Source: a virus
IMG/VR virus record: IMGVR_UViG_3300043689_000058
Coordinates: 1-51,538 of that record
Strand: one strand, 5' to 3'
DNA length: 51,538 nt
In this document: one piece after another, positions 42,619 through 49,665 of the stretch
Position numbering within the stretch: position 1 is the stretch's first letter
Layout: the number at the start of each line of letters is the position of its first letter
The notes under the pieces: model-generated
What the model was told of the DNA's origin: nothing
Databases searched by the model: none
What the model saw: only the letters and a program-made list of their open reading frames with translations
Position numbers and translations under genes: made by a program

Positions 42619-42794
42619 TATTTCTTTTTTTTCTTTCCGGCGTACCCGCCTTTGGGTTTGGTGGCGAACTCCTCGAGTTGTTTCTCGCTCATTTGGCCCG
42701 CTACTTTTCGCGCTTCGGGAAAAGCCTTTCCCCCGCGCTTAGCCGATAACGCGGCCCCCATCAAACGTTGCTGTTTTGGAGTTCTGGGCGGCAT
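42618..42794 (-). CDS. DUF3008-like small basic protein, 58 aa
   Basis: MPPRTPKQQRLMGAALSAKRGGKAF...MSEKQLEEFATKPKGG..KKKKK matches my memory of the DUF3008 pattern (KAQQ..aGAALaAKRG...MS...LEEfA). Internal ATG 42794 avoids overlap with the upstream gene. Confidence 0.55.
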   Translation of the reverse strand: MPPRTPKQQRLMGAALSAKRGGKAFPEARKVAGQMSEKQLEEFATKPKGGYAGKKKKK

Positions 42795-42804
42795 GAGAAA
42801 AACA

Positions 42805-43068
42805 TTAAGCGTAAACGGTCGGGAGAGGGAGCCTCTGGAGCAACGAGGAAGGACCGGCGTAATCGCTTTGGCAAGCCGATTGGGCAAGCGACAGGGTGGC
42901 AAATAGACCGATCTGGGTTACCACGTTGTTGGCGGAGTTGACCTTGTAGACTTTGAACACCGGGCTCAAGAGGTTGTCGCCGGGAAAATCGATGTGATAG
43001 ACGAATCCGACCGGGTTAGTCGACGCCTGGTAAGAGATCGGGCTCAGGAATATAAGGGGTGCCGCCAT
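42805..43068 (-). CDS. hypothetical protein, 87 aa
   Basis: ORF; ATG 43068 preferred over the TTG at 43074. Confidence 0.45.
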   Translation of the reverse strand: MAAPLIFLSPISYQASTNPVGFVYHIDFPGDNLLSPVFKVYKVNSANNVVTQIGLFATLSLAQSACQSDYAGPSSLLQRLPLPTVYA

Positions 43069-43195
43069 AAGCAAAAGATTTCCGTGGCGCGGCGAGGGTT
43101 TTTAAGGCCCCGGAGCCCGTTCACGGCTGGAAAGGAGGTGAAGCCAAAACAGCCCAGATACGCTCTCTTTTATCGCCGCATTTTCACAGAAAAAT

Positions 43196-43489
43196 TTACG
43201 GGCTGACCAGCAGCGTTAAAGGAATGCAGGCGCTCCCGTCGCCGGTTAAGGAAAATGTCAGAGTAGTTCCCTCGGTGTTGACCGACAGCACGCCGCCCGT
43301 GTTGGAGGTGATGGTGGCGGTGTGTTCCACGCCGGTCACCGGATCGGTGTAAGCCACTGGGGTGGCGCCTGTAGCCGAGAGAAAGGCGCTCTTGGGAGTA
43401 AAGTTAAGACCGCCCCATTGCGGCGGCGTGGGAGGGAATGGGATAACGAAGGGAGCTGGCGCGGCCAAGGTATCGGTTCCGTTGCTCAT
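43196..43489 (-). CDS. hypothetical Thr/Pro-rich protein, 97 aa
   Basis: ORF in the operon; beta-rich. Confidence 0.45.
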   Translation of the reverse strand: MSNGTDTLAAPAPFVIPFPPTPPQWGGLNFTPKSAFLSATGATPVAYTDPVTGVEHTATITSNTGGVLSVNTEGTTLTFSLTGDGSACIPLTLLVSP

Positions 43490-43498
43490 AAAGGAGAG

Positions 43499-43684
43499 TT
43501 ATTTTTTGCGAACTTGCTGGACCACCATGACAGAGGTCGCTCGGCCTGGGTCCATTAGACGGCCGGTAACCAAATCTGCAAAAAGGCTGGCGCTGCCGCT
43601 GAAAGGAGGCAGATGCGGATCGAGCGGTACCCGGTTAAGTTCCTCATCGGACGGGCCTTGCGGCGCTTTTGGGTGAAGTTCCAT
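43499..43684 (-). CDS. hypothetical protein, 61 aa
   Basis: ORF in the operon. Confidence 0.4.
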   Translation of the reverse strand: MELHPKAPQGPSDEELNRVPLDPHLPPFSGSASLFADLVTGRLMDPGRATSVMVVQQVRKK

Positions 43685-43687
43685 AGT

Positions 43688-43891
43688 TTACTTGATCCTC
43701 CGCATGTGGCCGTTGTACTCGCTGGTGCTCATCGGAGCGCGAGCGGTTTTGGTGTGCGCCCCTTTGAAAGGCTTGTGCGGGTGACCGGGGACGTAATGCT
43801 TGTCCGCTTCGGCTTTGAGATACTGCGGACCCATCCGACCCACGCCGGGACCGCCCCGGCCGCGGACGTCTGCTTTAAATTGCTGCGCCAT
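43688..43891 (-). CDS. small basic protein, 67 aa
   Basis: ATG 43891 is preceded by GGAGG at good spacing; the longer track ORF lacks one. Confidence 0.5.
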   Translation of the reverse strand: MAQQFKADVRGRGGPGVGRMGPQYLKAEADKHYVPGHPHKPFKGAHTKTARAPMSTSEYNGHMRRIK

Positions 43892-44023
43892 TCTGTTTTT
43901 CCTCCGTTGGTTGCGGTGGAAAGATGCCGACGCTGAAAGTCCGGGCCAGAATGCTGTGATCGGAGGTGAAACCCAGAGCATCCCGCGTCGGCTACTCTCC
44001 AGATAACCCCCAGATATTGCGGT

Positions 44024-44224
44024 CTAAAGATCCAGAATGTCAAGCAGTTGTCTGAAATGCTCCGAACTATCTTCGATCGCGCTTTTTGAAAATGCCCAAT
44101 CTTCCTCGCTTAAAGCGCCTTGAGTCGCCTTGATGCGGATGGTTTCGAGGTCTTTGAACAACTGGGTGTGGAGATCGATGGCGGCTTGGAGTTTGGCCCT
44201 GAATTCGGGGTCGGTAGGTTTCAT
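44024..44224 (-). CDS. hypothetical helical protein, 66 aa
   Basis: ATGA overlap with the DnaB stop. Confidence 0.5.
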   Translation of the reverse strand: MKPTDPEFRAKLQAAIDLHTQLFKDLETIRIKATQGALSEEDWAFSKSAIEDSSEHFRQLLDILDL

Positions 44225-45471
44225 GCCCGGTTGGAAAAACTGACGTAAGGGGGGAAGAAATCGACCTCGATATTAGCCTTTGCCCCATGGCGCGATTTGT
44301 TGATCTGAATTTCTCTCAACGAAGAGGTTTCATCCTCTCCGTTTGGGTTGACGATGTAAAGGACGATGTCGGCATCGTGGCCGATGGCGCGGCTTTCCCG
44401 GAGCTGGTTCTGCTCGTTGAGCTGCGACAAGGAAACCACGATCACGTTCAGGTCGTTGGCCATCATTTTGAGCTTCCGGCTGATGGTTGCAAGCTCGTTC
44501 TGCCGATTGGAATCCCTGGTTAAGCCCGGAGAAATAAGCTGCAGATAATCGACGATGACCAAGTCTAGGCCGCCCTTTTTTTTGATCTGCCGGCAGCGAG
44601 ACTGAATTTCTTCCACCTCCTGGATCGAGTCGTCGATGATCCGCAACGGATCTGAGTCAGGGTCGATGGTGGCGATGAATTTATCCATTTTTTCGCCGTC
44701 CTGGCTCGATAGTTCCCGGTCGCGGATATCGCTCATCCGGATACTGCAAATCTGGCTGAAAAGTCGCTCAACCACTTCTTCCTGTTTCATCTCCATCGAG
44801 AAGATGGCCACGTTTTTACGGTAACCGTTCCAGCAGGCGTGACCGGCGATGTTGTGCGCCATTGCACTTTTTCCCAAGGACGTTTTGGCCCCGATAACGA
44901 TCACGTTGCCGGGACGCACGTAGCCGAGGGTCTGGTCTAATGCCGTGATGCCGCTCAAGTGCATCAAGCCTTGAGCCGCCTTTTTGTCGAACAAAGCGTC
45001 CCGAACCCTCTGAAAAAGGGCGCGGGTTTTTTCTTCGGGTTTTCTGAGCTGGATGCCGTAATCGAATTTGAGCAAGGCATCGGGATCGAAAGTTTCCTCG
45101 AGGTTGGCACACCGGTTGAGGTCTTTGAGTGCAAACTCCATCCGTCTACGGCGCTGATAAGCTTCAAGCAAAAATTTGTAGCTGAAGCGCCAGTCTTCCA
45201 CCGGGCTGGTGTAAAAGAGGATCTCCTGCAAAATCCCTTTGCCGCCGATTTCGGCCAACTCGGCCAGGCTGAAGGTGGAAAACACCATGTCGAGCGTGAG
45301 GTGATCGTGGTTGCAGGCCAGCTCGCACAGATGGAGGAAGATAATGTTGCGCGGGCAACTGAACATCTCGGGCGAAAAGGTCTGCTCAAGCAAAATCTCC
45401 GGCCGCTGAAAAATGCAGGAGATCACCACGTTCTCGGAGATTTCCCGGTAAGGGAAGACGGGCTCAGTCAT
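44221..45471 (-). CDS. dnaB: DnaB-family replicative helicase, 416 aa
   Basis: Walker A VIGAKTSLGKS, Walker B LDLVIVDYLQLI, SLSQLNEQ and RESRAIGHDADIV blocks typical of DnaB. Confidence 0.85.
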   Translation of the reverse strand: MTEPVFPYREISENVVISCIFQRPEILLEQTFSPEMFSCPRNIIFLHLCELACNHDHLTLDMVFSTFSLAELAEIGGKGILQEILFYTSPVEDWRFSYKFLLEAYQRRRRMEFALKDLNRCANLEETFDPDALLKFDYGIQLRKPEEKTRALFQRVRDALFDKKAAQGLMHLSGITALDQTLGYVRPGNVIVIGAKTSLGKSAMAHNIAGHACWNGYRKNVAIFSMEMKQEEVVERLFSQICSIRMSDIRDRELSSQDGEKMDKFIATIDPDSDPLRIIDDSIQEVEEIQSRCRQIKKKGGLDLVIVDYLQLISPGLTRDSNRQNELATISRKLKMMANDLNVIVVSLSQLNEQNQLRESRAIGHDADIVLYIVNPNGEDETSSLREIQINKSRHGAKANIEVDFFPPYVSFSNRA

Positions 45472-46091
45472 TGGAGGACGGTTCTGGGGGTGTAGCCGTT
45501 AAGTTTGAGCGGTGGATCAACCTTATTGAGCCAGTTGACAGCGAACTGCCGGGTGAGCTGGCGTCCGTGATGAGCGCTAAGCCAGGCTTTCATTCGCCCG
45601 AACTCGCGCTCGACGTCGATGCCTTTGTACGCCGGATTAGTTTTGAGCTGAGCAATGAAATCCGAATCAGCAACGCGCACCTTCTTCTTTTCGGAAGTGA
45701 GAGAGGAGAAAGGAAGAGGGGGATTGGGGGAGAAACCATTGAGGAGAGGAGAAACCTTTTCTTCTTCAATGTCACCGGGGGGGGGTGTCACGGATGTCAC
45801 CGGGGTATTAGCAAAGGCTGTGAATCGGTAGAGATTAGAAATCTGTGAACCGTTCTGACCAAACTGCTGAGAACTTAAAAGCTCTGATCTATCGGTAAGT
45901 GATTGCAAGTGCCGCTGGACTTGCCTTTCAGATATCCTGCATCGGACGGCCAAGGACTTAATAGTCGATAAATTTGCAGGCCAGCAATATCCTTCGTCAT
46001 TTGCCATATCGGCCAGAGCTAACGATACCAACAACTCAGTCCCTTCAGCTTTGGAGTTTTTCCAGACCCAGGAGGAAACATGAATGCTCAT
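45468..46091 (-). CDS. HTH replication initiator / helicase-loading protein, 207 aa
   Basis: N-terminus WVWKNSKAEGTELLVSLALADMANDEGYCWPANLSTIKSLAVRCRISERQVQRHLQSL is the HTH_36-type pattern of phage replication proteins. ATGA-coupled to dnaB. GGAGG Shine-Dalgarno. Confidence 0.7.
   Translation of the reverse strand: MSIHVSSWVWKNSKAEGTELLVSLALADMANDEGYCWPANLSTIKSLAVRCRISERQVQRHLQSLTDRSELLSSQQFGQNGSQISNLYRFTAFANTPVTSVTPPPGDIEEEKVSPLLNGFSPNPPLPFSSLTSEKKKVRVADSDFIAQLKTNPAYKGIDVEREFGRMKAWLSAHHGRQLTRQFAVNWLNKVDPPLKLNGYTPRTVLQ
45770..45805. repeat. three iteron-like repeats TGTCAC(C)GG inside the initiator gene
   Basis: TGTCACCGGGG (45770), TGTCACGG (45786), TGTCACCGGGG (45795); flanked by a G9 run and a purine-rich tract of about 60 nt (45693-45756). 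Confidence 0.5.
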
Positions 46092-46147
46092 TTTTCCTCC
46101 TTGCCGTAATTATTCTGATTTTCTAACATGCTCCGGGGAAAACGAAA

Positions 46148-46215
46148 GCCTTCTAGTGGCGCACAGGTACAATAGGTCAAGATCGGGAGAAGACCTCTGC
46201 ACGCCACCAGAAGGC
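46148..46215. repeat. 14-bp inverted repeat with 40-nt spacer in the divergent control region
   Basis: GCCTTCTaGTGGCG (46148-46161) pairs with CGCCACcAGAAGGC (46202-46215), 13 of 14 bp; an inner AGGTC/GACCT sub-stem is present. Confidence 0.6.
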
Positions 46216-46401
46216 TCTTGTAAAAGGCTTCCGGAGATTCGGACTCCGATCTACGTTGTTTCCGGGACGATTGTACTCGCCCTCTCTTTAACTGCCTGAT
46301 TGGTAGCTGATTATTTTCGGATCGTCAAATAAAAAGTTTTATTGTTATCTAAGACGATGGCAAGGGTTTACCGCAACATCAGCTATTGTTATGCATATCC
46401 A

Positions 46402-46430
46402 TTGACAGAGGCTGCGATTGGCGGCATAAT
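46402..46430 (+). promoter_or_regulatory. sigma70-type promoter of the rightward arm giving a near-leaderless mRNA
   Basis: TTGACA (46402-46407), 17-nt spacer, CATAAT (46425-46430). The ATG at 46441 is only 10 nt past the -10. Confidence 0.6.
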
Positions 46431-46440
46431 TCTGTAAAAA

Positions 46441-46788
46441 ATGAACCAGGCAAATAATATCCAACATGTCGAACTCGAGGGTGATTTGGAGTATTTGACG
46501 GTTGGGGAGTGTACCGCGCTGCTGCGCTATCGCAATAACCAGTCGATCATGCGGATGATCAAAAAAGGGATTATCCCGGCGGTGGCGGTCAACCGTAAGC
46601 AGGTTCTGGTGCCGAAAGACGCCTTCATCAAGTTCCTGGTCGGGAAAAAACTTCACATGACCGCCCGGATGCTGGTCATGACGCGGGTGCAGGATCTCGA
46701 TGTCGAGCAATCGCCCGTCCCGGCCAGACGTCCCAGAAAACCGCGAAACAAGAAGGATACTAATGCCAATAGCGATGTCCATAGCTAA
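46441..46788 (+). CDS. HTH DNA-binding protein (excisionase/MerR-like HTH_17 type), 115 aa
   Basis: LTVGECTALLRYRNNQSIMRMIKKGIIPAVAVNRKQVLVPKDAFIKFL fits the excisionase-family HTH pattern; first gene of the rightward arm. Confidence 0.65.
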   Translation: MNQANNIQHVELEGDLEYLTVGECTALLRYRNNQSIMRMIKKGIIPAVAVNRKQVLVPKDAFIKFLVGKKLHMTARMLVMTRVQDLDVEQSPVPARRPRKPRNKKDTNANSDVHS

Positions 46789-46936
46789 TATCGGTGCTTT
46801 TGCGGCCTTAGCGGCTTTAGCGGCTTTTTCGGGCTGGGTTTTGCGCGGGAAAATGGATAAAATTTCTCGCAAACGGGAGCAGCAGGCATGGAAAAAGAAC
46901 CGCATTTTTATGCCGAATCGGACCACGAAATCATGA
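46763..46936 (+). CDS. small membrane protein, 57 aa
   Basis: MPIAMSIANIGAFAALAALAAFSGWVLRGK gives one TM segment followed by a basic tail. Confidence 0.4.
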   Translation: MPIAMSIANIGAFAALAALAAFSGWVLRGKMDKISRKREQQAWKKNRIFMPNRTTKS

Positions 46937-47127
46937 CGGAACAAAGAGCCAGGGAACTCGCAAAAAACCTGATGGAATGCATCAAACCCAACGAGAGCTA
47001 CGTCGTGATTGTCGGCGACGAATTGAACAGCGCGATGCTGAGCAACGCTCCGCCCTCCTCGGTTAAAGCGATGCTTGTTTCGATCGCCGACAGCATGAAA
47101 CAGACCAGTGTTCCGGAAAACAACTAA
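46933..47127 (+). CDS. hypothetical protein, 64 aa
   Basis: ATG 46933 overlaps the upstream TGA (ATGA); the track ORF starts at 46888. Confidence 0.45.
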   Translation: MTEQRARELAKNLMECIKPNESYVVIVGDELNSAMLSNAPPSSVKAMLVSIADSMKQTSVPENN

Positions 47128-47130
47128 AAA

Positions 47131-47370
47131 ATGAAAAAGACCAGAATTTTGGCCGAGGACAACCTTGAGGCATGGCATGAGGTCGCCACCAATCTCTTAA
47201 ATAACGATGCCAGCCATCCCGTGATCCGGGTGTTTTTCGAGCACACCATAGAGAAGATGCGCAAAAACCCTCGGCTCCTTTTCCAGGTCGCGTTCTGCAT
47301 GGGCGTTTGCTCAGCGCTCCGGCACATTAAAAGCGGCGACATGGTGATCAGCGACCTGACCGAGAACTGA
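47131..47370 (+). CDS. hypothetical protein, 79 aa
   Basis: ORF in the operon. Confidence 0.5.
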   Translation: MKKTRILAEDNLEAWHEVATNLLNNDASHPVIRVFFEHTIEKMRKNPRLLFQVAFCMGVCSALRHIKSGDMVISDLTEN

Positions 47371-47379
47371 CTCTTTCAA

Positions 47380-47622
47380 GTGAGCGATGGAATCATCAAA
47401 ATCACGCTGCGCGATGAGGTGCTGGGGTTTATGGGACCGATTCTGGACCGATCGCGGGAAGAAAACCGCTACGAAGGGGTCCTGTGCACGATCGCCCGAA
47501 CTTATAAGCCGCAAAAAGGGGTTACGGTCCTGGAACTGCAGATTCGACAGGTTCCGCGCCATAAATTCCTCCGGCTGCTGAAATTTTTGACCGAAATAGA
47601 CCAACCAAAACAAAATGAGTAA
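47380..47622 (+). CDS. hypothetical protein, 80 aa (GTG start)
   Basis: ORF in the operon; its 3-prime end carries the AAATAGACC/CA-rich leader of the next gene. Confidence 0.45.
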   Translation: MSDGIIKITLRDEVLGFMGPILDRSREENRYEGVLCTIARTYKPQKGVTVLELQIRQVPRHKFLRLLKFLTEIDQPKQNE

Positions 47623-48835
47623 CGAAATAGACGACAAAGAACCGAACTCCGATTCCGAGCACGAATCGGTGCTCCAAACAATTGCTCCCTCAAGTCTGGA
47701 AGCGATCCAGCGGGCGGAGGTCGACGTGGCCATCAGTACGGCGAAGAAATTCCCGCGCGACGTGGCGGCGGCGATCAAGACCGTTAAAGAACTCGCCTTG
47801 CGCAACCCGAAGGTGGCTGCGCGGTGCAATTACGCGGTGCCGAAGGGCGGCAAGACGCGGGTGGGTCCCAGCGTGCACTTTGCCAAGATGGTGATGTACG
47901 CCTGGGGCAATTGCACGGCCATCTCGCGGGTGATCGGGGCTGACCGGGAGAACGTCCATATCCAGGGCGTTTTTCATGATTTGGAAAAGAACGCCCGGAT
48001 CGGGATCGAAATGGATTGGCAGGTCCAGGCCCCTAAAGACCGGAGCGACCAGATGTGGAAGTACCAGATCGACAACGCCAAACGGGCCGGGGCGAGCGTG
48101 GCCTTGCGCAACGCGATCATCGCCGGGACCCCGTGGGTTTTGTTCGAGGATGTCGCCGAGGAAGCCAAGCTGGTGGCTGTGGGCGAGGGGAAAAGCTTTA
48201 TCGACAGCCGGAACAACGCAGTCAGCGTTTGCAAGGAGATGGGCATCACCCAGGCGATGATTTATAAGGCTTTGAATGTAGGCGGGTTGGAATCTATCAC
48301 GACCGACGACCTGATCTGGCTCCATGCCGTTTTGCAAAACATCCGGGACCAGACCAGCACGATCGAGGAAGTGTTCGGCCCTCCGCTTGAGAAAGCCAAG
48401 GTGCCGCCGCCGAAGGCGCCGCCTCAGGAGGAGCGCAAACCCACCCCCGCGGCCAAGACTGAGCCAGTTCGTCCCGCCCACGAGCCGCAGCCCAAGAAGC
48501 GCCAAAATGTCCCTGCCCCTGCGGCCGCGCCGAAAAAGGCAGACGTGCACGAGGACCCGCTTTTCAGCGAGGAAGAGCCCCGCAAAAATGAGCCGACGCC
48601 GGCCGCGGCCAAGGCGCAAACGGCAAGCGCTTTAGCGGCCAAGGTGCGAACTTACATGACGGACGCCAACCTCTCAGAAAGCGAATACATCGGGTGGCTG
48701 TCAAGCATCGGGTGCGCGGGGCCGAGTGCAAGCAACATCGAAGCGATCGAGCCGAAATATCTGCAGGACACCATCGCCAACTGGGACTCAAATCTCGAGG
48801 CGATCCTGGAATGGAAAAGCGCCGAGGTAAAGTGA
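47615..48835 (+). CDS. putative single-strand annealing protein (family uncertain) with Pro/Ala/Lys-rich C-terminal half, 406 aa
   Basis: Block ISTAKKFPRD...CNYAVPKGGKTRVGPSVHFAKMVMYAWGN...ASVALRNAI is a pattern I associate with phage recombination proteins. It lies in the same operon, about 0.8 kb upstream of a Cas4/RecB-type nuclease. Confidence 0.45.
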   Translation: MSNEIDDKEPNSDSEHESVLQTIAPSSLEAIQRAEVDVAISTAKKFPRDVAAAIKTVKELALRNPKVAARCNYAVPKGGKTRVGPSVHFAKMVMYAWGNCTAISRVIGADRENVHIQGVFHDLEKNARIGIEMDWQVQAPKDRSDQMWKYQIDNAKRAGASVALRNAIIAGTPWVLFEDVAEEAKLVAVGEGKSFIDSRNNAVSVCKEMGITQAMIYKALNVGGLESITTDDLIWLHAVLQNIRDQTSTIEEVFGPPLEKAKVPPPKAPPQEERKPTPAAKTEPVRPAHEPQPKKRQNVPAPAAAPKKADVHEDPLFSEEEPRKNEPTPAAAKAQTASALAAKVRTYMTDANLSESEYIGWLSSIGCAGPSASNIEAIEPKYLQDTIANWDSNLEAILEWKSAEVK

Positions 48836-49020
48836 GCTTACAGGAACAACAAGACGCCGAGGTCCGCAGGCTGATGCAGGAGTTGACCCGGGTCAGGCGT
48901 CTTTGCACCCGCGCGTCCGACGCGCTGGAGAGTGAACCACTGCACCAGAGACATCCTTACAAGGAACGAAACGATCTAATCGCCGAACTGCGAAAGGCGG
49001 CGCGTTACGGAAGGAGGTAA
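48832..49020 (+). CDS. hypothetical protein, 62 aa (GTG start)
   Basis: GTGA overlap with the upstream stop; same frame as track ORF 48694..49020. Confidence 0.4.
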   Translation: MSLQEQQDAEVRRLMQELTRVRRLCTRASDALESEPLHQRHPYKERNDLIAELRKAARYGRR

Positions 49021-49027
49021 ATATTTA

Positions 49028-49309
49028 ATGTCCATTAAATACGTAGATAAATACGTAGAGGATCTCCCACCCGATTACGATTTCAGCGCCGAAGTGGTGA
49101 GCTTAAGCAATAAAATCAGACCCTTTTTAGCTGGGCGTGAACCTGCGGTTCAAAGTGCGGTGATTGCGGATCTGCTCGCCATCTGGCTGGCCGGATTCCG
49201 GGCCGTGGACGAAGAGGGAACCGAACGGCTGCGTAACGGCCTCTTGTACGGCCATGTGCGGCTGGTGCGCGATTTGATCCACGTTAACGAGGAGATCTTG
49301 AGCAAATGA
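49028..49309 (+). CDS. hypothetical protein, 93 aa
   Basis: GGAGG Shine-Dalgarno 8 nt upstream; clean ORF. Confidence 0.55.
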   Translation: MSIKYVDKYVEDLPPDYDFSAEVVSLSNKIRPFLAGREPAVQSAVIADLLAIWLAGFRAVDEEGTERLRNGLLYGHVRLVRDLIHVNEEILSK

Positions 49310-49665
49310 ACTCTCCTATAGACGGCCAAGAGGAATTCGATTTTGATCCGCGCAGGAAATTCCGCTCGAGCGACCCGATCACCTCGCGCCTGGCCGCATT
49401 CGAGAACCTTCCCTTGAAAGACACCCAGCGCCGAGCGCTACTTGATATCCATCTCGCTCATCCTCTTGGCCTTACCAACGACGAACTTGACACCCTATCC
49501 GCAATCGCCCTCAATAGCCTGACCACTCGGGTAAGCGAACTTTCCCGAGGCGGCTGGCTGGAGGACAGCGGCCTGACACGCCCGACCCGGAACGGCATCC
49601 ACGCCGTGGTCTGGCGCGTCACGCAAAAAGCCAAACAGCAGAGCTTATGCAGCCTGAACCCTTAA
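49306..49665 (+). CDS. winged-helix DNA-binding protein, 119 aa
   Basis: SDPITSRLAA ... GLTNDELDTL ... LTTRVSELSRGGWLEDSG ... RNGIHAVVWRV fits the MarR-like wHTH pattern frequent in phages. Confidence 0.55.
   Translation: MNSPIDGQEEFDFDPRRKFRSSDPITSRLAAFENLPLKDTQRRALLDIHLAHPLGLTNDELDTLSAIALNSLTTRVSELSRGGWLEDSGLTRPTRNGIHAVVWRVTQKAKQQSLCSLNP

Noticed and set aside
46441-46788. Excisionase-family HTH as evidence for a temperate lifestyle
   Set aside because: I found no integrase, recombination directionality partner, attP-like site or CI-type repressor. This HTH fold is also used by plain transcription regulators, and here it is the first gene of the early arm.
46345-47178. 277-aa - strand ORF spanning the start of the rightward arm
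   Set aside because: It is antisense to a chain of coupled + strand genes that includes a convincing HTH protein with its own TTGACA-17-CATAAT promoter. The translation is Arg/His/Phe-rich with no recognisable features.
47690-48619. 309-aa - strand ORF antisense to the SSAP-like gene (similar cases at 50421-51062 and 35268-36188)
   Set aside because: Arg/Gly/Leu-rich off-frame products opposite well-supported genes; no independent signals.
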